Part shown: positions 18,165 through 27,600 of the stretch, piece by piece
How the letters are laid out: every line of letters begins with the position of its first letter
How positions within the stretch are numbered: the stretch's first letter is position 1
DNA from: a virus
Lineage: Duplodnaviria > Caudoviricetes
DNA length: 64,000 bases
Virus record (IMG/VR): IMGVR_UViG_2828058034_000001
Coordinates: 2,054-66,053 of that record
Strand: one strand, 5' to 3'
Position numbers and translations under genes: made by a program
The notes under the pieces: generated by a model
What the model was told of the DNA's origin: nothing
Seen by the model: only the letters and a program-made list of their open reading frames with translations
The model's database searches: none

Positions 18165-18467
18165 ATGACCCCGACCTTTTCCCCAGCCATTTCCCTCGAC
18201 CAACCGATCGTGCGCGGCGAGCAGACCATCACCGACCTCAAGGTGCGCAAGCCCGGCGCCGGCGAACTGCGCGGCCTCAAGCTGACCGACGTGCTGCAGC
18301 TGGATGTCACCGCGCTGGCAACACTGCTGCCGCGCATTTCCTCGCCCACGCTGACCACCGCCGACGTCAATGCGATGGATCCGGCCGACCTGCTGGCGGT
18401 AGGCCAGGAGGTGCAGGTTTTTTTCTTGCCGAAGGCACAGAGGGAAGCGGATTTCCCGACTGCGTAG
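18165..18467 (+). CDS. Tail assembly chaperone gpE
   Basis: LDQPIVRG, RKPGAGELRG, LLPRISSP. Confidence 0.9.
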   Translation: MTPTFSPAISLDQPIVRGEQTITDLKVRKPGAGELRGLKLTDVLQLDVTALATLLPRISSPTLTTADVNAMDPADLLAVGQEVQVFFLPKAQREADFPTA

Positions 18468-18475
18468 AGGATGCA

Positions 18476-18589
18476 ATGGCCGACATCGCGGCCATCTTCC
18501 ACTGGCCGCCGTCTGAAATGGACGGCTGGTCACTGCACGAACTCACGGCGTGGCGCGAGCGTGCCCGCCTACGAAGCGGAGCCGAATAA
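18476..18589 (+). CDS. gpE' frameshift extension (E+E')
   Basis: MADIAAIFHWPPSEMDGWSLHELTAWRERA in the -1 frame, open from T7 run at 18418-18424. Confidence 0.85.
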   Translation: MADIAAIFHWPPSEMDGWSLHELTAWRERARLRSGAE

Positions 18590-18618
18590 TGCCCCACCCG
18601 AACCACGAGGCCGCCTAA

Positions 18619-19203
18619 ATGGCGGCCTCTGACAATCTACGCCTGCAGGTCATCCTAGCCGCCGTCGACCGCGCCACCGGCCCGTTCCGGCGCGTGTTGA
18701 GTGGTAGCCGCGGTGTTGCCACCGCACTGCGCAATCAGCGTGACGCGCTGCGGCAGCTCAACAGCCAGCAACGCGATATCGGCGCCTACCGCGAGCAGGT
18801 CGCGATGGCGCAGCGCGCCAAGGCCGCGCTCGACGCGCAGCGACAATCGGTGCGCACGCTTGCCCAACAGATGAAAACGGCCGGCACGCCTACGGCGGCA
18901 ATGAATGCCGAGTTCGAGCGGGCCGTTCGCACCGCACGCGAACTCAAGGCAGCACACGGCGCGCAGGAGGCCGGCTTACAGCGCCTGCGCGGCCGGCTGG
19001 AGACGGCCGGAATCAGCACCCGCGAGCTCGTCACGCACGAGCGCCGCCTGCGTGGCGAGATCGAGAGCACCAACGCCGCCATGCGCGCCCAGCAGCAGCG
19101 CCTGGTGGCGATCGACACTGCCCAGCGTCGCAGCGCCCGCATCCAGAGCGCTGGCCTGCAGGCGAGCGCCTACGGTGCCGGCATGGCGTTCGCCGGCCAG
19201 CGC
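18619..19203 (+). pseudogene. Truncated tape measure protein gpT (N-terminal ~195 codons)
   Basis: LRLQVILAAVDRATGPFR start typical of P2 T; homology-like coiled coil stops at ~19203. Confidence 0.85.
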
Positions 19204-19600
19204 TGTCACACGCCCGCTAACTTCCAGTGCCGGACCCGGCGAGCAGGCTATCACGCCCGCCGGAACTGGCTTTGACATCGCTGCAGGCAAGGACTGCAGC
19301 GCGATCGCCACGCTCTACGTTACGCACGATGCGGTCGTGGTGGTGGCAGCGCTGACCATGGGGCACCACAGCAGCGCCACACAGCGGTGGGAGCGCCGCC
19401 GCGGCCCCGGCAAGGGCTGGAAGTTGATCAGCGGCCCGCAACTGTTCACCAGCGAAGCCGACCAGATCAGCAATGCGCTGGCCGACTTCATGGACGATCT
19501 GGACTTTCCGTTTGACCTGGCCAACATGCTGCCGCGCCGGCCCACAGCTGCCGCCGAAGCCGCGATCGCCGCTGCTGCGCTGGAGGTGGCCCATGCTTAA
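19199..19600 (+). pseudogene. Early-region hypothetical gene lacking its start codon
   Basis: Frame SAVTRPLTSSAGPGEQAITPAG...EVAHA begins at deletion junction, coupled to 19593. Confidence 0.55.
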
Positions 19601-19769
19601 TTTGGCCCTGATCTTGATCGCGCCAACGATCGGCGGTGCGCTGCTGTATCGGCTGTGGCTCACACGCCCGGCGCGCACTGCACACATCGGGCTGGCCGTG
19701 GGGCAGATCCCACAGCGCCTGCGCCGTCGCCGCGCTATGGCCGTGCGCCGGGCGGTGACCCATGGCTGA
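19593..19769 (+). CDS. Small membrane hypothetical protein
   Basis: GGAGG RBS, N-terminal TM, overlapping-gene coupling. Confidence 0.6.
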   Translation: MLNLALILIAPTIGGALLYRLWLTRPARTAHIGLAVGQIPQRLRRRRAMAVRRAVTHG

Positions 19770-20037
19770 GTCGATTGTTGTTTGCAGCCCAATGGGTAGC
19801 GGTAAGACGCTCAACGCTGACGCAATCCGCCAGGCCTACGAGCTAAAACGCGTGGTCGAGTTGGATGAGCGACTGCAGCGCAAGGGGGACGACTGGCAGC
19901 TGGCCCAGCACGACGTGCTCATGTTGACCAATGACCGATTGCTGGCCGAACTGACGGCGCAGCGTCTGCGCATTGAAGTGGTTGCCATCGCCGATGCGCG
20001 TGTGCGTATCGGCTGTGCTTGGAGGTCGCCACGATGA
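19762..20037 (+). CDS. Small hypothetical protein with P-loop-like motif
   Basis: VVCSPMGSGKT; coupled start/stop. Confidence 0.65.
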   Translation: MAESIVVCSPMGSGKTLNADAIRQAYELKRVVELDERLQRKGDDWQLAQHDVLMLTNDRLLAELTAQRLRIEVVAIADARVRIGCAWRSPR

Positions 20038-20279
20038 CGCTCGATCGCGTGATTGCTGTGAGCCGAGCAGCGCAACACTACGGTGGCCCCGGCCCATTGT
20101 CGACGGGCGAGGCCTTGACCGCCGCATTGGTGCTCAACCGACACGACTGGCTTGCAGATATGGACTACACCATCGCTCAGGCGCTTGACCGGATTGACGA
20201 GGACACCATCGCGCACCTGCTCCAGGCAGAGCGTGCGATCGGCTGTGGCGCAGAAGCCGTGGAGGAACGCCCGCGATGA
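20034..20279 (+). CDS. Phage hypothetical protein
   Basis: ATGA overlaps on both sides; LSTGEALTAALVLNR. Confidence 0.65.
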   Translation: MTLDRVIAVSRAAQHYGGPGPLSTGEALTAALVLNRHDWLADMDYTIAQALDRIDEDTIAHLLQAERAIGCGAEAVEERPR

Positions 20280-20548
20280 CTCAACGCGAGATATCGCATG
20301 CCGAACCGCTTCCCGCCTGTAGGGCCGGTCACGCGGGCCGACACATCGTCGACAGCCGCCGTCTGCAGGCCGGTGGCGGGCATGCCATCGAATGCCGGTG
20401 TGGGCGCACCAAGAAGCACGCCGACTTCGCCCAGGCACTGGCCGAGTGGAAGCGTATGCACCGCATCCGCATGCCACGCCAGGTGGCGCCTGCCGACAGC
20501 AACGTGGTGCAACTCGGCCTGCGCCTGCGCGGAGGCGACAGCCGGTGA
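20276..20548 (+). CDS. Phage hypothetical protein (possible Zn-binding)
   Basis: LPAC..GH...IECRC; coupled. Confidence 0.65.
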   Translation: MTQREISHAEPLPACRAGHAGRHIVDSRRLQAGGGHAIECRCGRTKKHADFAQALAEWKRMHRIRMPRQVAPADSNVVQLGLRLRGGDSR

Positions 20549-20751
20549 GCAACGAGGACACGGAAGCGCACAGGCGCCAATGCGAAGCGCGCTACTGGCT
20601 GCGACAGGGATACACAGACGTCAGATCTGTCTCCCTGCTGCAGCAGCTGATCGCAGCCAAGCGCGGTGACCAGGCGGCGCTGGAGCTGCGCGACGAGATG
20701 CGCGAGCAATGGAGGAGCCGCCGGCAGTGGCAGCAGGAACAATTGCTATGA
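20545..20751 (+). CDS. Phage hypothetical protein
   Basis: GTGA/ATGA coupling; RRQCEARYWLRQG. Confidence 0.6.
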   Translation: MSNEDTEAHRRQCEARYWLRQGYTDVRSVSLLQQLIAAKRGDQAALELRDEMREQWRSRRQWQQEQLL

Positions 20752-20969
20752 CGGGGCGAATCCTGCATTTCGCAGACCTGCAGCGCATCTGTTCGCCGGA
20801 CGGCCCAGCCCCGCGCCTCTTGGTGGTCTGCCGCTGGGCGGACCGCGAGGGCATCCGCTACCGATATGACCGTAAGGGCAGGATCTGGACAACGATTGAC
20901 GCAGTGAACGCCGCGCTTGGCATAGCCGAGCCTGCGGCCAACCAAGAAAATGCCATGGAGCTGATCTGA
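20748..20969 (+). CDS. Putative excisionase (DUF4224-like)
   Basis: Small basic protein directly upstream of integrase; RWADREGIRYRYDRKGRIWTT. Confidence 0.6.
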   Translation: MTGRILHFADLQRICSPDGPAPRLLVVCRWADREGIRYRYDRKGRIWTTIDAVNAALGIAEPAANQENAMELI

Positions 20970-22153
20970 TGGGACGCGGTAGAAAACGGAAGTTCAACCC
21001 AGCTATTCCGGCACACATTGACCAGGCCGCACTGCCGCAAGGTGTGTATTGGGAGGATGGCCGCTGGTACATCATCGAGTCACATCCTGAGGGAGGCCGT
21101 CCTAGAAAAAGGACGGTCGCACACAAGCATTCGCGCCTCTCAGAACTTCATGCGATTGTGGAATGTGCACGGGGCGAGGTCGAAAGAGGCACTCTGGCCT
21201 TCTTGAATGAGCGCTTCCACCGATCCACCGAGTTCAAGGCGCTCGCGCCAGGCACTCAGAAGGACTACAAGCAAAGTGGCCGAGCAGCCTGCGCCTACGT
21301 GCTGAAAGACGGTAGCCAGCTTGGGCGAATGCAGGTGGCCCGGATCAATGTGCCTGCAATGCAGCGCTTGGTGGAGACGCTCGCAGCAGGGCGTGAGGCC
21401 ACTGCCATGCAGCCTGCAATCGAGCCGCGCCCAAGCAAGGCCAATCACGTGCTTCGCTACCTTCGTCGCCTATTTGGTTGGGGAATCCGGTTTGGGTTAT
21501 GCGAACACAACCCGGCCAAGGGCGTACGTCAGGCAAAGGAAGTGGCGGCTCACACGATGCCAGAGCAGGATGCCTTCACGGCGGTATTGCGGTTTGCACA
21601 GCAGCGCGCCACCTTCGAGGCGCACACCAAAGGTAGCGTGTCGCCATATCTGCATGCGGTGATGGTCCTGGCCTACAACCTGAGGCTGCGTGGGGCTGAA
21701 GTGACCGATCTCACTGACGCGCATGCCGGCGAGCAAGGCATCCTGGCGACGCGGCGAAAGGGCTCGCGCGACAACGTCACGCTCTGGAACGGAGAACTGC
21801 GCAGCGCGTGGGAGTGGCTGATTGAGTACCGCAGGCGGACTATGGCTGCGCACGAGCGGCCCATCCCCCTGAAGCCGGAACAGCGCCGGCTGGTCGTCAG
21901 CCAATCGGGCACGCCGTTGACAAAGTCAGCGCTCGACAGCGCGTGGCAACGCATGATCAGGCTCGCCATTCGGGAAGGCGTGATCGAAGAAGCCCAGAGG
22001 TTCAGCCTCCACGGGTTGAAGCACCGTGGCATCACCGATACGGAGGGCACTCTGGCTGACAAGCAAGAAGCTGCCGGCCACAAAACGCAGGAAATGACCC
22101 AGCGTTATTCGCACAACGTGCCAGTCGTAAAGCCGCCTCGCCGGACCTCGTAG
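20969..22153 (+). CDS. int: Tyrosine integrase of P2-like prophage
   Basis: LRLRGAE (R), SLHGLKHRG (HxxR), GHKT...RY catalytic motifs. Confidence 0.92.
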   Translation: MGRGRKRKFNPAIPAHIDQAALPQGVYWEDGRWYIIESHPEGGRPRKRTVAHKHSRLSELHAIVECARGEVERGTLAFLNERFHRSTEFKALAPGTQKDYKQSGRAACAYVLKDGSQLGRMQVARINVPAMQRLVETLAAGREATAMQPAIEPRPSKANHVLRYLRRLFGWGIRFGLCEHNPAKGVRQAKEVAAHTMPEQDAFTAVLRFAQQRATFEAHTKGSVSPYLHAVMVLAYNLRLRGAEVTDLTDAHAGEQGILATRRKGSRDNVTLWNGELRSAWEWLIEYRRRTMAAHERPIPLKPEQRRLVVSQSGTPLTKSALDSAWQRMIRLAIREGVIEEAQRFSLHGLKHRGITDTEGTLADKQEAAGHKTQEMTQRYSHNVPVVKPPRRTS

Positions 22154-22272
22154 GGCGCGGCGTTGCCCCGATCACTTGGCCGTGGAACAGCGTTCCCGGC
22201 CATTATTTTCCCGGGAATTTTCCCGGAAGCACAAAAAAAGCGCCTGCGGCGCTGTCTAAGTTGCTGATTGTA

Positions 22273-22323
22273 ATGGTGGGCCGTGATGGATTCGAACCAT
22301 CGACCAAAAGATTAAAAGTCTTC
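22273..22323. repeat. att core: 51-bp copy of tRNA-Lys 3' part
   Basis: Identical to 63235-63285. Confidence 0.97.
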
Positions 22324-22496
22324 GGATGCCACTTACTGCCGCAATGGTTTCTGGCCATTCAGCGCTCCGCATTTAGCAGGAATGCTAACGATTTAATCCC
22401 GCGTTTGCGCGGCCTTATAGCGCGATTGCGGAGCGCGGTATCTGCTCCTGCGGCGAGTCTCAGCGTATGAGTCTGCTGCTGTCCATCCTGGGGCCC

Positions 22497-22883
22497 ATGC
22501 CACCAAATCCACTGCCTCCCGCCTGCCGCTGGGTCTCCGTGACCGCAGATAGCGCGCTCATGCAATTCAACTACGGGACCGTGGCGCACATCTCTGGCGG
22601 GACGGTCTGGCTTTCCTGGCGCGGATCCCGAATATCGGCGCCACAGACCGGCAGCATTCGGCAATCGATGATGTTCGCGGAGCGGTGGATCGCCGCGCGC
22701 ACCGGCCTGCCAGGGGTTAGGAAGGCACCCAGGAAGACCGGCGCGGGCGAGTGCATCGCTTGGAAGGCGGTGCAGCGCGCGGCCACCCGCGCCATCAATG
22801 TGGATATAGCCAATTGGGGGCCAACCGACGCTGAGATAGATGCGATGGAAGCAATCGGCTCAACGACGATCACATGGGGATAG
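22497..22883 (+). CDS. Phage hypothetical protein at att-proximal end
   Basis: MPPNPLPPACRW...FAERWIAAR; start uncertain (22467 alternative). Confidence 0.55.
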   Translation: MPPNPLPPACRWVSVTADSALMQFNYGTVAHISGGTVWLSWRGSRISAPQTGSIRQSMMFAERWIAARTGLPGVRKAPRKTGAGECIAWKAVQRAATRAINVDIANWGPTDAEIDAMEAIGSTTITWG

Positions 22884-23140
22884 AAGCCGGCTCGGCGCTG
22901 CTCAGGCGCCACGCGGGTGAGCGGCCCATGGCCCCGCGTCCGGCAGTTGCAGATTGGCACTGCAGTGGGATTCAGCATATCGGGCTGAACCGCACCAAGG
23001 GGTGGGGTTTTTCCTCACCGAGGCTGTGCGCCACGCCTGCAAATGAACGTTTTTTCCGGCGCGCGCGCCAAGCATCTTGGTGACGCGCCGAGATGATCTC
23101 GCGCCGCCGGCGCTGACCGGCGCAGCACATTCGGAGATCC

Positions 23141-23587
23141 GTGATGCACACATTCCTAGCCACCGCCGCCATGGCGCTGCTTGGCGCCACCCTGCCCGCC
23201 TTTGCTGCTGACCCGCCGCCGGTGAAGTTCGGCCAGGCCACCGAGTTGCACCAGGAAACGTCGGCCGCCGGCGAGAGCCTGGACGCCTTCGTGATTCGCA
23301 TCGCGCCGCGCGCCCGCGCCGTATCGGTGAGCACTCGGTCTGTCGTGTGCGGTGAGATCTCGGGCACGGGGCAGTACAGCGTGACCTTCAAGACCGACGG
23401 GCGCCAGGACATGTGCACGATGCGGAAGAACTCAGCGCCCTACGTGCTCGTCAATGGCATCGCCAAGGACGCGCGCGAAGACCACATCCCGGCCATCTAC
23501 TATCGCCGTCCCGGCTACCTGATCACGCCGTGGAGCATCAAGTTCCAGGACCGCACCGGTGTGCGGCGCGTGGCCCCGGCTCAGTAG
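23141..23587 (+). CDS. Secreted hypothetical protein, convergent with tail operon
   Basis: GGAG RBS, signal peptide ending PAFA, two Cys. Confidence 0.7.
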   Translation: MMHTFLATAAMALLGATLPAFAADPPPVKFGQATELHQETSAAGESLDAFVIRIAPRARAVSVSTRSVVCGEISGTGQYSVTFKTDGRQDMCTMRKNSAPYVLVNGIAKDAREDHIPAIYYRRPGYLITPWSIKFQDRTGVRRVAPAQ

Positions 23588-24306
23588 TTGCGGACGTTGA
23601 GCAGCAGGCAATCGACCTGCATGGTGCCGTAGGTTCCCGAGGGCGCAGGGGGATTGCCCTGCGTGCCCTCGGCATGGTCGTAGTAGGTGTTGATCCCCTT
23701 GGCCGACGCGACGCCTGGCGTGTAGCGCACACCGGCCACGTAGGCCAAGCGGTCCATCACCCAGTTTGGACCACCACCAATGACGCCACTCACGATTGTG
23801 TAGGACGCCCCTGTGTGACCAAGCGCAATGGCCACTCCGTCGCCCTGGGTCGGGTAATCCGTCTGACTGGTGCCGGCAGTGGTACGCATGCGCCCGATCA
23901 CCCTCATGTACTTGTAGCGCGAGTCGAAGGCAATGCGACCCGTGGCCGGGTCTCGGAACCGCACACCTTTGCTCATCACGAAGGCCATTTGCGCCACGTC
24001 GGTCGTGTCGAAAACGTAGTACTGGATAGCCGTATTGGCCGTTTCGCACACCAGCTCGAAGGTGAAAGTGTTCCCACTCTGGGACCGGCTCCGCAAGCCA
24101 ACGAAAGCTGCACAGGTGACGGCGATGAGAGGTGAATTGCCACCGCCAACTGTGACGGTCGCAAAACCGATGCCCTGGTTTGGATTGGCCGCATTGGCGC
24201 CTGCAGCGATGACCGTCCCTTTCTGCTTCAGTGCGAGATTTTCGTAGCGCGTGTCGATCTGGATAATGTTCCCGCCCTCGGGCCGGATCCGCACGCCCAA
24301 GGCCAT
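23581..24306 (-). CDS. Tail-tip-associated/receptor-binding protein
   Basis: Beta-rich; two IQIDT / IAFDSRYKY repeats; follows J. Confidence 0.65.
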   Translation of the reverse strand: MALGVRIRPEGGNIIQIDTRYENLALKQKGTVIAAGANAANPNQGIGFATVTVGGGNSPLIAVTCAAFVGLRSRSQSGNTFTFELVCETANTAIQYYVFDTTDVAQMAFVMSKGVRFRDPATGRIAFDSRYKYMRVIGRMRTTAGTSQTDYPTQGDGVAIALGHTGASYTIVSGVIGGGPNWVMDRLAYVAGVRYTPGVASAKGINTYYDHAEGTQGNPPAPSGTYGTMQVDCLLLNVRNY

Positions 24307-24605
24307 CAGTACCTCCCGTAAGTGAGCACGCCGCCGATCTGCGTGCCCTGATTGCTACCGCCGCCGTAGTTCCAGCTGATCGTCCCGGCCTGATCATCCA
24401 CAGTGAAAAGTGGCGCCTGGGCAAACTGGGCGTTGCTGCTGGCAGAGAACCAGTAGTAGATCTCGTTGGTGCCGAGAGCAGGGACCTCTACCGAGCCGCT
24501 CGAGCCAGCTGAGATACTGACCGCACCGAATTTGCTGGTGATGCGCGTCGAGATGTCGATCAGGATGTTGCCATCCGGATCTCGCTGACGGATGCCGCGC
24601 GCCAT
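24306..24605 (-). CDS. Small tail-tip-associated protein
   Basis: GIRQRDPDGNILIDISTR motif; coupled to J. Confidence 0.65.
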   Translation of the reverse strand: MARGIRQRDPDGNILIDISTRITSKFGAVSISAGSSGSVEVPALGTNEIYYWFSASSNAQFAQAPLFTVDDQAGTISWNYGGGSNQGTQIGGVLTYGRY

Positions 24606-27600
24606 TAGAGCAGCTCCCCAGCTTCGAACAGCGCCACGGTGCCGGCTGCATTCCAGAAACGCAGCGCCTGCTCGTTGAGGGTCATGAAGCCGCCGTTATT
24701 TGCGCCGTTCATCGAGAGCGTGCCGTTCTTGTCCAGCTTCCAGCGCGGCTGGCCGTTGGCGCCCACACCATTGGACTGGATGGTGTCGCCGATCATGGCG
24801 TTGGTGATCCAGGCATTGCCGATGAGCGCTTGGTTGATGAAAACCTGCCCGCCCTGGATGACGAATGGCGACGTCACCAAGTTGTTGGCGACGTTGATCA
24901 CCGCGAAGCGATCGGCCTGCATCAAGATCTGACTCTGAAAGCTGCCGTCCTGCTGCTGCTCGACGCCGACACCCATGCCAGCCATGTAGATCTGCCCGGC
25001 ACTGGTGATCTGCGCCTTGACGGTGTACGTCGCGCTGATCCTGCCATTGAGGTCGACGACAGTCTGACTGGCCTGCTGGACGCTCGCAGATACGTCGCCG
25101 ATGGATGCCTCCACCGTGTCAATGCGACGAGCCTGTGCGCGGTCGCCCTCAGCGATGACCGTCTGCCATGTGCGCGTGCCAGCAAACACGTTGCGGTCGC
25201 CCGCATGCCAGTCTCGGTCGCCTGCGTGCCGATTGCTGATCTGGGCCACCAGGCCGTCCGTGCGTTCCCCGATGGCTGCGAGGCCGCTCTCCGGGTCATT
25301 GATCTGCAGCTTCAGCGAGTTGACCTCGCCCACGATGGCACCAGCCTCGGCGATCGCGTTGCCAACGTTCTGCCACTTCGTGCCCGGCGGCTCCTCGTTG
25401 CCCGGCTCCGTTGGCACCCAGCTCCATATGATCCCGCCCCGCACGACCGTCTGCCCGGTGCTGTAGGTCGCCCCTTCGTCCCACACCAGCGGCACGAGGT
25501 CGCTGATGGACTCGATCGGAAGGCGAAGCTCCTGCGACAACTCGGTCAGGCCGATCTTGCCGGCCAGGTACGCGAGAATTGCCGTGGCATCGGTGCTGCT
25601 CTCCCCCATGACGCCGTTGGTCAGCGGATACCACGGACCGATGTTCCCGCTTCGATCCACCAAGCGGCCCCAGAAGAAGAACCGCGCGCCTGCGGCCAGG
25701 CCGAGCATTGAGTGCTTCGCCTGCGGGTAGGCGAAATCGCCAAGCTTGGTTGCCGCCTCCAGATTGTTGGCCGGGCTGTGCCAGATCTCGGTGCGCTCGG
25801 TATCGGTAGCGCCTTGCGGGAACGACCAGGACAGCTCAATGCCGAAGATGATGCCCGCGGCGGTGAGGCTGGCCAGCGAAGGTGGCGGCTCGGTCTTGCC
25901 GGTGATTTCGGTGAGCGCGGACATCGCCGGCATGGACACCGCATTGAGCGCGTTCACCGCGCGCACGCGCGCAAGGTATTGCCCGGCATAGATGCCGCGC
26001 ACCTCCAGGTTGCTGGTGGTCGCGCGCCCGGCTTTCACCCAGGCCATGTCGTCCCGCCGCCATTCGACGTCGTAGGCGATGGCCTTTTCGGCTGGATCCC
26101 AGGCAATCGTCAGCACGTGCTGGGCAATGCCCTGCTCGACAAAGCTGTGCGACGACAACCGCACGTTGGTGGGCGGCGGCTGCAGGCCGGGCGGGATGAT
26201 GCTGATCGGCGGCAGCTCGACACGCGCGCCATCGTCGATCGCGGCGAACTTCTGCGGGACGTGCTCCAGCGCGGTTATCTGGTAGGTGATGGCGTTCTCG
26301 GTCCCGTCGCCATCAGCGACTGCCAGGACGCGGAACATCTGCAAGGCGAGTTCGGCGGTGGACACCGCCCATACCGAGGTGGCCACCGGCACGCTGTCCC
26401 ACGGCACTGCCACGGAGACGGTGCTACCAGCGATGCCGCTGATCGTCCGCCCCTGGCTGCGGCCATTGCTGCCCAGCACGCGGATCGTGTCGCCCACGCT
26501 CAGCCCCGGCGGCACCACGTCGAGATCGACGGAGTGCGCGCCGGCAGCCTTGATTCGTCCGCCATTGCGGCGCCCGGCCCGCTTCGGGTCGGCCACTTCA
26601 ATGATGTCGCCAGGCTGCGGGACCACGCCCTCCAGGCCCACGCTGAACGAGACGGTTTCGGTCTCCAGGTTCTCGGTGTACAGGATGTGCAGCCCGATGC
26701 GCTGCGCCTGCGCACGCGACGTGCAGCCCATGGCTGCAACTTCGACCTGCTGGATGCCGTAGCGGGCGATGCCCGGCCGATACTCGACCGTCTCGACCTT
26801 AGCTCGGCCAAAGTCATCCGGGTCGTTCCAGGACACCAGGGCGACCGTGTGGCGCACCTTGCGCGCTGAGCCGGAATACACAAACCGACCTTCGATGACG
26901 TTGGTCTGGTTGAACGTGTAAACCGGATCCTGCGGCATGTCCGCCGACGCGAGCACTTGCCCGGCGGCGTAATAGGTGATGCCCCGGAACACCGCGGCCA
27001 TGTCCTGCAGCATCTTGTAGGCGTCCTGCCTGGTCTGCAGGTACATGTTGCAAGTAAAGCGCGGCTCCTGCCCGCCCATACCGTCGCTGACCATTTGGTC
27101 GCAGTACTGTGCGATCTGGTAAAGGCGCCACCGGTTCACCCATGCGGCCGGGATCCGGTGACCGAGGCCATATCGGTCCTTAGTGACCATGTCATAGAAC
27201 ACCCACGCCGGGTTGTTGGTCCAGGCCGGCTTGAAGCTGCCATCCCATATCCCCGTGTAAGTCCTAGCGTCAGGATCGTAGTTGCTCGGGACCGATACGA
27301 TCAGCCATTCACCCCAATAGGCACGAGACGGGATGGCTTGGAACTGGCTGGCATCTACTTCCAGCGCCCCGAGCGCGCAGTTGGGATAGCGCAGCTTGGC
27401 GTCGATGATTTCCGTCATCGACTGGACTAGCGTGGTGTCGGCGATGACAGCGCTGTTGGCATTTGGCGTCAGGCGCCGAACCCGAATCTGCCACTGGCTG
27501 CCAGCGGGAAGATCTACACGGTGGCTGCGCTCGTAGAGGGTAGTGGTCTTGCCGGTGAAGGCATTCGAAATCACCGTGTTGAAGGCGCCGCCGTCAGTGG

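Larger units (their letters stand above)
1..22323. mobile_element. P2-like prophage (defective; left end outside window)
   Basis: P-O-N-M-L-X-lysis-R-S-J-I-H-V-W-FI-FII-E-T gene set, integrase next to att repeat; tape measure truncated. Confidence 0.95.

Noticed and set aside
18619-19275. Short functional 218-aa tape measure protein
   Set aside because: Last ~23 residues are out-of-frame read-through past the deletion junction
22273-22323. Second tRNA-Lys gene
   Set aside because: Only the 3' ~50 nt are present; the D-arm and 5' acceptor strand are missing, so it is an att remnant
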